From assembly GCA_048939765.1 (NCBI GenBank), contig JBHLPF010000032.1, forward strand, positions 1-43,024: a DNA stretch of 43,024 nt, written 5' to 3'. Positions 18,689 through 27,586 of this stretch are shown piece after piece. Within the stretch, counting starts at the first letter, position 1, and each line of letters starts with the position of its first letter. Below the pieces are notes generated by a model that saw nothing but the letters and a program-made list of their open reading frames with translations, searched no databases and was not told the DNA's origin. The position numbers and the translations under genes were made by a program. The stretch is from Promethearchaeota archaeon. Lineage in GTDB: Archaea; Asgardarchaeota; Thorarchaeia; Thorarchaeales; Thorarchaeaceae.

Positions 18689-19660
18689 TTGGCGCGAGAG
18701 ATTGTTGCTGTGGGCAGAATCAATGTCGACGTCATTATGGAAGTCAGCAGTATTCCAGCAAAGAACGAGCATGTCACCAGCCAAAAAAGCCTCATTTCCT
18801 TCGGTGGCTCAGCGTCAAACTTCGCCTCCCAGACTGCCAGACTCGGTGTGGGCACAGGGATAATTGGTTGCGTCGGTGATGACCTATATGGGCAGCAAGC
18901 CTTGAAAGCTCTATCAAATGCAGGAGTAGACGTCAGCTCTGTACTTGTCCTGGACAATCAGCCAACTGGCATCTTTTTCATTGCGGAACAGAGAAATGGC
19001 GACAGAATCGTTGTTTCAGAACCTGGAGCCAATCGATTTCTCGAGAAGTATATCCTCGACGAAGACCTCCTTGTGAAATCCACAGTTATTCATCTAGCAG
19101 GCGGATTTCCAATGATGACCTCTCGGATTCAGGAAGTAACTAAAGCTAATGGAATGATATTCTCACTGGATCCAGGAAGAGCGGCAAGCTCCATGGACTT
19201 CAAATCAATCCTTCGTAGAACTGATCTTCTATTCTTGAACCAAGGAGAACTACAAAACTACTTCAAAATTAGCCCGACAGAAAAGGCCCTGAAGGCATTT
19301 GCCAAGACAATTCCTGGGATTGTCATAATCAAGAAAGGAGCAAAAGGCGCGGTTGCCACAGACGGATTCGAGTACTGCACGTCCCAAGTTTTCGATGTCC
19401 CTGTGGCTGACACCTTGGGAGCTGGAGATGCGTTTGCAGCTGGTTTTGTCACTGCATGGGCACGATCTGAGCGGATTGAACAAGCACTTCATGTTGGCAA
19501 TGCAGTCGCGGCCCTAACAATCACGAAGAGAGGCGCACAGAATGGACAGCCTACAATGGATGAGACCGCCAGACTCCTGAAGAAGAATGGTGTGTCAATT
19601 GACTCTGTTTTAAGGACGTTCGTTACCAAGAAGCGGCGAAAGGGAAAGAGCAGAAGATAG
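18689..19660 (+). CDS. PfkB-family carbohydrate kinase
   Basis: GGSASN, DTLGAGDAFAAG. Confidence 0.92.
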   Translation: MAREIVAVGRINVDVIMEVSSIPAKNEHVTSQKSLISFGGSASNFASQTARLGVGTGIIGCVGDDLYGQQALKALSNAGVDVSSVLVLDNQPTGIFFIAEQRNGDRIVVSEPGANRFLEKYILDEDLLVKSTVIHLAGGFPMMTSRIQEVTKANGMIFSLDPGRAASSMDFKSILRRTDLLFLNQGELQNYFKISPTEKALKAFAKTIPGIVIIKKGAKGAVATDGFEYCTSQVFDVPVADTLGAGDAFAAGFVTAWARSERIEQALHVGNAVAALTITKRGAQNGQPTMDETARLLKKNGVSIDSVLRTFVTKKRRKGKSRR

Positions 19661-19730
19661 GCGGTATTACCGTCGTAGTATTCCACTTTTTCTTAGGAGA
19701 ATACACCGATATTAGCACGGAACTGAAGGT

Positions 19731-20924
19731 GTGATTGAGCTTATGCATCCATTATTGGAAGAGGTCCTTCGAACAGCGCCAACTGGACAACGTGACCCAC
19801 AGTATGGCAAATCCTCAAGGAAGACGCCTGCGAAATCTGCCACAACTGATGAGGACTTGGCCAATCTTTTGGAGTCCGTCAGCGCCAGAATACTCGTAGT
19901 TGGAGTTGGCGGAGCTGGCAACAACGCAGTAACACGTTTGATGCAAGTTGGAGTAGAAGGAGCGGAAACACTTGCAGCTAATACTGATGCACAGGACCTC
20001 TATTTTTGCAGCTCAAACCATAAGCTGCTTCTGGGCAGGGAAACATGTGGAGGACTCGGAGCTGGAAACGACCCCGACATAGGTGAAGCTGCGGCTCTAG
20101 AAACATATGAAGTAATTAGAGATGTGATTCGAGGCGATCTTGTGTTCATAACCGCTGGAATGGGTGGTGGAACAGGTACAGGCGCCGCACCGCTGGTTGC
20201 CAAAGCCGCAAAAGAAAATGGTGCTCTTACAGTGGCTATAGTTTGTTTGCCATTTGAGGTGGAGGGTGACACAAGAAGACGAAATGCACAACGTGGCCTC
20301 AATGCAATCATGGAACATGTGGATACGCTGATAGCCATACCTAATGAGAAGCTCCTTGAGATTGCACCGGACCTTTCACTCCCTGAAGCATTCATGGTAG
20401 CAGACGAGGTCCTAGTAAGAGCTGTAAAGGGAATCGCGGAGTTGATTTCAAAGCCTGGACTTGTGAACCTCGACTTTGCTGATGTCCGTACAACGATGAA
20501 GAATGGTGGCGTTTCAATCATCGCACTTGGCGAGGGAGAGGGAGAGAACAGAGCTGAAGACGCTGTAATCAATGCTCTGAGAAACCCCTTGATAGAAGTT
20601 TCAATTGAGAACGCGCGTAACATTCTTGTCAATGTCAGTGGCAGTACTGACCTTCAGTTGTCTGAGGCAAAGCAAGTCGTACAACTGGTGACTGAGCAAG
20701 TGAATCCTGGAGTTGAGATAATCTATGGTGCATTAATCGATCCAGAACTTGAGAATCGAATTCGTGTGACCATTATTGCATCCGGTGTGAGCTCTCCATA
20801 CGTCTTCGATAAGACAGAAAGGGTGATGCCTTTAGCAGACGACCTGAAGACAGACTTGGGACTTCAGAGGTTGGATGAATCCGACATGGACAATCAGGAA
20901 GGGTTAAAAGAAGACTCAGACTGA
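19731..20924 (+). CDS. ftsZ: Cell division protein FtsZ (FtsZ1-type context)
   Basis: GVGGAGNNAV, GGGTGTG, VNLDFADV. Confidence 0.97.
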   Translation: MIELMHPLLEEVLRTAPTGQRDPQYGKSSRKTPAKSATTDEDLANLLESVSARILVVGVGGAGNNAVTRLMQVGVEGAETLAANTDAQDLYFCSSNHKLLLGRETCGGLGAGNDPDIGEAAALETYEVIRDVIRGDLVFITAGMGGGTGTGAAPLVAKAAKENGALTVAIVCLPFEVEGDTRRRNAQRGLNAIMEHVDTLIAIPNEKLLEIAPDLSLPEAFMVADEVLVRAVKGIAELISKPGLVNLDFADVRTTMKNGGVSIIALGEGEGENRAEDAVINALRNPLIEVSIENARNILVNVSGSTDLQLSEAKQVVQLVTEQVNPGVEIIYGALIDPELENRIRVTIIASGVSSPYVFDKTERVMPLADDLKTDLGLQRLDESDMDNQEGLKEDSD

Positions 20925-20974
20925 GAGCAGTCGAATCCTACCTGAGGGGTTCAGACACCAGGATGTGAACAGAC

Positions 20975-21190
20975 TTGGGCATCAGTGAATTCCTACGAGA
21001 AAGCAGACGCATCCTAAAGCTAGCTACCAAGCCATCTAGGAAGGAACTCTGGACAAGCACCAAGATCACGCTATTAGCTATGATTCTAGTTGGTCTGCTC
21101 AGCTTCATTGTCCAAATCTTCATGACCACGATTACTAGCGGTTGGGGTACCGAAAGCTGGATGCCGGTATCATTGGTCGGGATATTGTAG
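20975..21190 (+). CDS. secE: SecE/Sec61-gamma
   Basis: RILKLATKPSRKE followed by a TM helix, between ftsZ and spt5. Confidence 0.93.
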   Translation: MGISEFLRESRRILKLATKPSRKELWTSTKITLLAMILVGLLSFIVQIFMTTITSGWGTESWMPVSLVGIL

Positions 21191-21234
21191 TCCCCAGCCT
21201 ATCCCGCAGCAGAACATATCAAGGGGGTTTCTAG

Positions 21235-21912
21235 TTGGAGCCAAAAAGCAGCATTTACGCGGTTCGTACTACCATAGGACAGGAGAAGGGCGTTACAGAC
21301 CTCATAACCACCGCAGTCATAGGTGAAACAGATGCCTGGGCGTGCCCTTTCTGTTCTGAGGAGTTTTCTTCCAAGAAGGCCACCTTAGAGCACATGAGCA
21401 GCTGCAAGAAGAAGAAAAAGAAGACAGAAGAACCCAAACTGGTTTCGACTAACCAGCTTCTGGGCCGTGTCAAGGCAATTCTGGTACCCGAAACGCTTCG
21501 AGGCTATGTGTTCCTTGAAACCCTGGAATTTAGAGACGTGGAGATTGCTATCTCTGGTGTACCTCATGTTAGAGGCCGTGTAGGTGGTAAGGTCAGCTTT
21601 GATGAGATTGACAAGTTCCTAGTGCCAAAGCCAGCCGCAGAAGGGATTTCAACAGGCGATGTTGTAGAGATTATTTCTGGACCGTTCAAGGGAGAGCGAG
21701 CCAAGGTAGCACGAGTTGACGCCGCAAAGGAAGAGCTCATTCTGGAGCTATTGGACAGCCCACATACTATTCCCATACGTGTCCACGCAGACTTTGCCAA
21801 AATAGTTGAGAAGGCACATCGTGAGGAAGAGGTCGAGGCCACTGAGGAAGAAGAGGGCCTGGCTCAAGAGAAAGATGATGAGTTGGAAGACGATTCTTTC
21901 TGGGCTCCATAG
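21235..21912 (+). CDS. spt5: Transcription elongation factor Spt5 with zinc-finger insertion
   Basis: YAVRTTIGQE, LRGYVFLE, KOW GDVVEIISGPFKGERAKV. Confidence 0.95.
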   Translation: MEPKSSIYAVRTTIGQEKGVTDLITTAVIGETDAWACPFCSEEFSSKKATLEHMSSCKKKKKKTEEPKLVSTNQLLGRVKAILVPETLRGYVFLETLEFRDVEIAISGVPHVRGRVGGKVSFDEIDKFLVPKPAAEGISTGDVVEIISGPFKGERAKVARVDAAKEELILELLDSPHTIPIRVHADFAKIVEKAHREEEVEATEEEEGLAQEKDDELEDDSFWAP

Positions 21913-22138
21913 GCAGCTGGACCCGCCTATCCACTCCAAAACGCTTAAAACATTCTAGATGTGCGGTCGAATCATCTCCTTAATTGGACATAGACGCAAG
22001 ACGCCGTGTCTGGGGTGAAGAAAGTGACAATGAATGCAGTAGACCGAACTGGACAGAGTACTACTTGTGCCAGTAGGTCGAACATGATCGGGGTGTCTAA
22101 GGACCCGCCGGGATTACTGCATCAGGAGTTGTGAGAAA

Positions 22139-22645
22139 TTGAGCGAAACTAAGCCTATTATTGTAGAGGCAATGGTAGAAGGTGGCAAAGCATCCGGAGG
22201 CCCACCAATTGGGCCAGCTCTTGGACCCACAGGGGTCAACATATTCCAGGTCGTCACCAAGATCAATGAGGTCACTGAAGCATATGCTGGTCTCAAGGTA
22301 CCTGTAAAGATCACTGTAAATCCAGATGACAAGAGCTTCACTGTTGATGTGGGAACTCCACCAACGAGCGCACTAATCTTGAAAGAGATTGGTCAACCAA
22401 AGGGCTCGGGAGAGCCAAGCACAAACATCATCGGGAACCTCACCATTGACCAGATAAAGTCAATTGCAAAGGGAAAAGCGAGCGATATCTCCGCGCTCAA
22501 CATGAAGAGTGCAGCTCTGATTGTGTCTGGCACCTGTGTTTCAATGGGTGTGACTGTGGAAGGGAAGAGAGCCAAGGAGTTCCAGCAGGAAGTCAAAGAC
22601 GGTGTCTGGGACGCCCAGCTAGACGAACCACTCAGGGAGGGCTAA
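22139..22645 (+). CDS. rpl11: Ribosomal protein uL11
   Basis: GGKASGGPPIGPALGP, GTCVSMGVTVEG. Confidence 0.97.
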   Translation: MSETKPIIVEAMVEGGKASGGPPIGPALGPTGVNIFQVVTKINEVTEAYAGLKVPVKITVNPDDKSFTVDVGTPPTSALILKEIGQPKGSGEPSTNIIGNLTIDQIKSIAKGKASDISALNMKSAALIVSGTCVSMGVTVEGKRAKEFQQEVKDGVWDAQLDEPLREG

Positions 22646-22648
22646 TCT

Positions 22649-23311
22649 ATGTCACTCAAAGTTGAACCCATACAAGGTGCCGTCGCTGAGGCAAGGAAAC
22701 TGGGAACTAAGAAGAAAAGGAAGTTCAAGCAGAGCTTTGATATTGCTGTCAACTTCAGGAAGAAGGAACTAGATGTTACCAAGCCAGAGAATCGTTTCAA
22801 TCAGGAGGTAGTGCTTCCTAATGCGATGTTACCCCCTGCAAAGGTATGTGCCTTTGGAGATGGTGAGTTCGCGGAAAATGCTCTGGCTGCCGGTGTTCAG
22901 AGGGTCGTGTCAAAGGACGAAATCCCAAAGCTTGGTGATGAGAAGAAGGAGAGAAAGGCCTTAGCAAAGAACTTCGATTTCTTCATTGCGGCAGTAGATG
23001 CGATGCCCCTCGTAGGTCGGTACCTAGGACAGGCATTAGGCCCCAGAGGGAAGATGCCAAGACCTTTCCCACCACAAGCAGATCTCGGTCCTGTGGTAGA
23101 GCAGTATCAACGGACTGTCCGAGTAAGGATGAGGAACACCCCAACTTTCCACGTCAAGGTTGGTCATGCGGATATGGCTGACAAAGAGATTGCTGATAAC
23201 ATTGCGGCAGTTTTGAGCTTCGTGGACAGCAAGGGATTCCTAGACCGTGTCCGTAGCGTGCTCGTCAAGAGCACAATGGGAGCAACGGTTGATGTGCCAA
23301 TCGAGAGGTGA
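22649..23311 (+). CDS. rpl1: Ribosomal protein uL1
   Basis: RKFKQSFDI, LGPRGKMP, KSTMG. Confidence 0.97.
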   Translation: MSLKVEPIQGAVAEARKLGTKKKRKFKQSFDIAVNFRKKELDVTKPENRFNQEVVLPNAMLPPAKVCAFGDGEFAENALAAGVQRVVSKDEIPKLGDEKKERKALAKNFDFFIAAVDAMPLVGRYLGQALGPRGKMPRPFPPQADLGPVVEQYQRTVRVRMRNTPTFHVKVGHADMADKEIADNIAAVLSFVDSKGFLDRVRSVLVKSTMGATVDVPIER

Positions 23312-24321
23312 TTGAGACGTCAGTTTACGAGAAAACGATTCCACAATGGAAACTTGACAAGGTAGCTGATCTCGCCGCCCGAATTGATGGGAGCGAGATG
23401 ATTGGTCTTGTGAATGTGGAGGGTGTTGGAGCTAGGCAACTCACGGGAATCAGAGAGAGCCTGAGAGGCTCGGCTACTATGATGATGGCACGGAATACAC
23501 TGATGATTAGGGCTCTTGAAACAGCTAAGAAAAGGGGAATAAAGGATCTCATAGAGCATGTTTCAGGCCCTGTGGCCTTCATGTTCAGCAATAAGGACCC
23601 ATTCGTTCTGACAAAGTTCCTTGGTGAGCATAAGGCTGCGGCACCAGCTAAGGGCGGTCAGAGTGCACCAAAAGACATCATTGTTCCAGCTATGAATACG
23701 GGTGTTGCTCCTGGTCCGTTCATCAGCGAGCTGGCTGCATTAAAGATTCCAGCTCGGGTAAAAGGAGGAGTCATTCATATCACTGATGACACCGTTGCTG
23801 TTAAGGCTGGAGATGTAATCTCAAACGCTATGGCGCAGATGTTAACAAGACTGGGAATCGAACCCATGGAACTTCAGCTGAAGCTCATAGCGGCCTATGC
23901 TGATGGAGCGGTAATGATTGGTGACAGTCTTGAGATTGACCTAGGTGGTCTGTTGTCACAGATCATAGCAGGACATCAGTACGCGGTCAATCTTTCGATA
24001 AACATCGGGTACCCTACGGTAGAGACGATGCCAATGCTGCTTGCCAAGGCTAGTATTGAAGCCAAGAGGCTGACTATGGAGATAGGCTTCTTCGAGCCAG
24101 ATATGATTGGCGAGTTCCTAGCCAAGGCAAACTCAGAAGCGTTTGCACTTGCAGCATTAATCGCTGAGAAAGACCCAGACGCAATATCCTCCGAAGCCTT
24201 TAGCCAGGTTCAGGCTGTTGCTGCATCGGCCACAGTGGCTCCACCAGAGGAGCCGGAGCAACCGGAGGAGGAGGAGGAGGAAGAGGAAGAAGTTGCAGGC
24301 CTCGGCGGCCTGTTTGGATAG
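23308..24321 (+). CDS. rpl10: Ribosomal protein uL10 (P0)
   Basis: PQWK, TGVAPGP, acidic tail ending GLGGLFG. Confidence 0.97.
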   Translation: MIETSVYEKTIPQWKLDKVADLAARIDGSEMIGLVNVEGVGARQLTGIRESLRGSATMMMARNTLMIRALETAKKRGIKDLIEHVSGPVAFMFSNKDPFVLTKFLGEHKAAAPAKGGQSAPKDIIVPAMNTGVAPGPFISELAALKIPARVKGGVIHITDDTVAVKAGDVISNAMAQMLTRLGIEPMELQLKLIAAYADGAVMIGDSLEIDLGGLLSQIIAGHQYAVNLSINIGYPTVETMPMLLAKASIEAKRLTMEIGFFEPDMIGEFLAKANSEAFALAALIAEKDPDAISSEAFSQVQAVAASATVAPPEEPEQPEEEEEEEEEVAGLGGLFG

Positions 24322-24341
24322 TAATAACGAGGTAGATAGAA

Positions 24342-24647
24342 ATGGAGTACGTATATACAGCACTTCTGCTCCACAAAGCAGGCCAGAAGGTCAACGCCAA
24401 GAACATGGAAGCTGTACTCACCGCTGCAGGTGTTGAGGCTGACAAGGGCAGAATCAAGGCGCTTCTTGCAGCCTTGAAGGATGTTGACATTGATGAGGCT
24501 TTGAAGGGTGCAGCTATGCCTATGGCTGTCGCTGCAGCTCCTGCAGCTGCTGGCGCCACTGAGGCTGCCGCTGCTAAAGAGGAGAAGAAGGAAGAAGAGG
24601 AAGACGAAGAAGAGGCCACTGCTGGTCTTGGTAGCCTCTTTGGTTAG
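24342..24647 (+). CDS. rpl12: Ribosomal protein P1/L12
   Basis: [11 protein letters not shown], Ala hinge, acidic tail ending GLGSLFG. Confidence 0.97.
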   Translation: MEYVYTALLLHKAGQKVNAKNMEAVLTAAGVEADKGRIKALLAALKDVDIDEALKGAAMPMAVAAAPAAAGATEAAAAKEEKKEEEEDEEEATAGLGSLFG

Positions 24648-24777
24648 AGTGGAACCCGATCTTAGGATCAGTCCCTCTAGTAAGAGGGCGGGCAGGTCGC
24701 AAGCCTGCCTGCTCACCAGCGCTTTTTGTCTGATTTCACCCACAGAAACATATGCCGCCGAATCAAGACTAGAAGAT

Positions 24778-25566
24778 GTGAAGATTGTATATCATCCCCT
24801 GATGCACAATTCGTATGATGGGACTCCTGCAGGTGCATCGGGCAGACTTGACAGTGCTATTGAGATTCTAAGTAAGCATCCAGAATACGAGTTCTTTGAG
24901 CCAAGTCCTGCTACTGATGAGCAGATTCTACGAGCTCATGGTCCGGGACATCTGGATGAGGTAAGGCGAGATAATGACTACACTCGCCAGGGACTCCTTT
25001 ACGAGATGGCAGCGCTCGCAGCTGGTGGAGCTATTTTGACCGCCGAGATAGCAGTGGAAGGAGAGCCTGCCTTCGGACTGATCCGTCCTCCAGGTCACCA
25101 TGCATCGTGGGACAGTTATTGGGGATACTGCTATCACAACAACATTGCAGTGTCACTCCTCCATCTTAAGGCCCTGGGGAAGATCGAAACTGCGTTCGTT
25201 CTCGACTTTGACCTTCACACTGGAGACGGCAATATCAATATCTTGGGAGATAGCGAGGACTATGTCATCTACAATCCTCGAGGGCATGGAGATGATATCT
25301 ATCTGGCAGACACGAAGAGGGCTCTGGAGTCCAGTCCAGATGTGGACATTATTGTCGCTTCGGCTGGATTTGATCAGTATATCGACGACTGGGGAAGCAA
25401 CCTCTCAACAGATGCCTTCAGGAAGATTGGGATGATGATGTATGATTTTGCCATAGAGAGATGTGAGGGTAGGAGATATGGTCTCCTAGAGGGGGGTTAT
25501 AACTTCGAGGACCTAGGAAAGAACGTTCTTGCCTTTTGCGAAGGTCTAAGATTAGGGACAGATTAG
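24778..25566 (+). CDS. Histone deacetylase-family protein
   Basis: RPPGHHA, GYCYHNN, DFDLHTGDG, SAGFD, LEGGY. Likely GTG start at 24778. Confidence 0.92.
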   Translation: MKIVYHPLMHNSYDGTPAGASGRLDSAIEILSKHPEYEFFEPSPATDEQILRAHGPGHLDEVRRDNDYTRQGLLYEMAALAAGGAILTAEIAVEGEPAFGLIRPPGHHASWDSYWGYCYHNNIAVSLLHLKALGKIETAFVLDFDLHTGDGNINILGDSEDYVIYNPRGHGDDIYLADTKRALESSPDVDIIVASAGFDQYIDDWGSNLSTDAFRKIGMMMYDFAIERCEGRRYGLLEGGYNFEDLGKNVLAFCEGLRLGTD

Positions 25567-25631
25567 AGTCTAGTCTTGATATTCATGGTGACCTTAAATT
25601 ACAAGGCTATTACTCACTGCTGGTGAGAGGC

Positions 25632-25880
25632 TTGCGACTATTCAATCTCCTTAGTCCATTATCGGACTTTGTAAGCATGGTGGCGATATACTTTGCCGAG
25701 ATCTGGGACTTTCTGATCTTTTTAGGGAGGGTTTCAGGGGTAATTGTCATTCTTGTTGGGGCGATTCTCTGGTTAACTGAGGTGAATCCCGGTCGGGGCA
25801 AGGGATTGGTCGCCAGTGGGATACTCTTGTCAATAGTAGTGCAATACTTCGTGATGTATCCACCATCATTCGTACTCTGA
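25632..25880 (+). CDS. Small membrane protein
   Basis: Hydrophobic C-terminal part of ORF 25536-25880. TTG at 25632 follows GGTGAGAGG. Confidence 0.65.
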   Translation: MRLFNLLSPLSDFVSMVAIYFAEIWDFLIFLGRVSGVIVILVGAILWLTEVNPGRGKGLVASGILLSIVVQYFVMYPPSFVL

Positions 25881-26027
25881 CCTCATAACATCCCAGGTTT
25901 CACACACACCTGCTAGGCTCGAGGGCACTCTGCTCTCGGGCCACCTTCTATAATGCACACATGCTATCATTCAAGGAGATTTTGCAATTCCAATAAGTTT
26001 ATTAATTATAGTTTATTTTGGAAAATT

Positions 26028-26837
26028 ATGTCAAAGGTAAATCCAATCTACTTACAGATTGCCAATGTGGTGGCAGTTGTAGGGAGTACGGTGTTCAATG
26101 CATTGGTGAACATTCTACCCCTGAACGGGACAACTACTGCTGAGGTTTCAAACGCATACCCAAACCTCTTCACGCCGGCAAACTACGTGTTCTCAATTTG
26201 GGGAGTAATCTACACATTACTATTCATATTCACGTTCTATCAGATTCGAACGAGTCAACGTGACTCACAATACCTTCAGGATATTGGATTCCTGTACCTA
26301 CTTGGTGCTGTGATAAACGTCGCTTGGCTCATAGTGTTTCATTATTCATATCCAGCCCCCAATGACCTGATCATACTCACAGCAGTTCCTATTTTTGGAC
26401 TGTTTCTGACCCTTCTCTACATCTATCTGAGACTAGGTGTTGGTGTGAGAGAAGTATCAAGAGGCGTGAAACTTGCAGTTCATTTACCCCTAAGCGTCTA
26501 TCTTGGGTGGCTATCAGTCGCAACAATTGCAAATACCGCGTCTATCCTCAATTATCTTGGGAGGAGTCCAGGGATACCAATCCCGATTCAGGAAACTTGG
26601 ACTGCGCTAGTGATAGTAATTGCATTCCTCATCACGTTCCTGATGTTGGTTAGAAGAAGAGACTTTGCCTTCGGTTTTGTGGTAATCTGGGCCACAATAG
26701 GGATTGCAGTTAAGCAAGCCGCTTCCCCACTGATTTACTTCACTGCGTTGGGAGTTGCAGTCGCAATTCTCATACTCATTCTTCTACTGCCATTCTTGAA
26801 AAGAGAGGGTTTCTCAAAATACTATATGATGGGCTGA
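26028..26837 (+). CDS. TspO-like tryptophan-rich membrane protein
   Basis: FTPANYVFSIWGVIY, LSVYLGWLSVATIAN. Confidence 0.85.
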   Translation: MSKVNPIYLQIANVVAVVGSTVFNALVNILPLNGTTTAEVSNAYPNLFTPANYVFSIWGVIYTLLFIFTFYQIRTSQRDSQYLQDIGFLYLLGAVINVAWLIVFHYSYPAPNDLIILTAVPIFGLFLTLLYIYLRLGVGVREVSRGVKLAVHLPLSVYLGWLSVATIANTASILNYLGRSPGIPIPIQETWTALVIVIAFLITFLMLVRRRDFAFGFVVIWATIGIAVKQAASPLIYFTALGVAVAILILILLLPFLKREGFSKYYMMG

Positions 26838-26933
26838 GACACAAAGCGTTGGGCAATTCTTCGCTCAGCGCTCCTCCTTTCCTTGCAACATGAGGAAAAA
26901 ATGAACCAGTGAGTATATCACCCACCTCCACCT

Positions 26934-27428
26934 ATGATTCCGAAAACAGTTGAGATAGATGGGATGAAGATGACAGGAAGACAAATTGATGAAGAGACTC
27001 AGGAAAAACTAACACAGCTGTTCGATTCTCAACTGATCGCTGTATTGGGCACCTCAAGTGATGATGATCCATACACCTGTCTTGTGGGGTTTGAGTTCAC
27101 CTCGGACCTCAGGAATGTCATTTTTGCAACCATGAGGAATCGCTTGAAGTATCGTCAAATCAGTTCAAACCCCAGAGTCTCATTGATCATAGATAATCGC
27201 AAGAATGCTCCTTCGGACTTCAGTCACGCCACATCGGTTACAATTGTAGGCACTGCAATAGACACTGAAGAACCAGAGCGCATGAGGCTTGCGGACATGC
27301 TGGTTGAGAAACATCCTTTCTTGACCGACTTCGTCAAGGATTCCGACTGTGCCATTATGAAAGTCATGGTCGAGAAGATGTATATTGTTGGCGATTTTGA
27401 GAGAGTGCAAAGAATCAACATGGCATAG
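26934..27428 (+). CDS. Pyridoxamine 5'-phosphate oxidase-like (split-barrel) protein
   Basis: AVLGT...PY, KYRQISSNPRVSLIID. Confidence 0.85.
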   Translation: MIPKTVEIDGMKMTGRQIDEETQEKLTQLFDSQLIAVLGTSSDDDPYTCLVGFEFTSDLRNVIFATMRNRLKYRQISSNPRVSLIIDNRKNAPSDFSHATSVTIVGTAIDTEEPERMRLADMLVEKHPFLTDFVKDSDCAIMKVMVEKMYIVGDFERVQRINMA

Positions 27429-27477
27429 TCTCGCTCAACCAATTCTCTTTTAAGAATATGAAAATGTGAAACAGTTA

Positions 27478-27586
27478 GGGCCCGTTGCCTAGTCTGGTTT
27501 CAGTGAGCTTTTCGCTTCTGAAAGGCATATAGGGCGCTAGCCTTCTAAGTTAGAGGTCGACGGTTCAAATCCGTCCGGGCCCGCCA
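27478..27586 (+). tRNA. tRNA-Arg(TCT) with 31-nt D-loop intron (27498-27528)
   Basis: GGGCCCG/CGGGCCC acceptor, CT-TCT-AA, strict BHB around the intron, encoded CCA. Confidence 0.93.

Noticed and set aside
24508-24777. Long N-terminal extension of the HDAC ORF
   Set aside because: It overlaps rpl12 out of frame and the hairpin region. Deacetylase-like sequence begins at GTG 24778.
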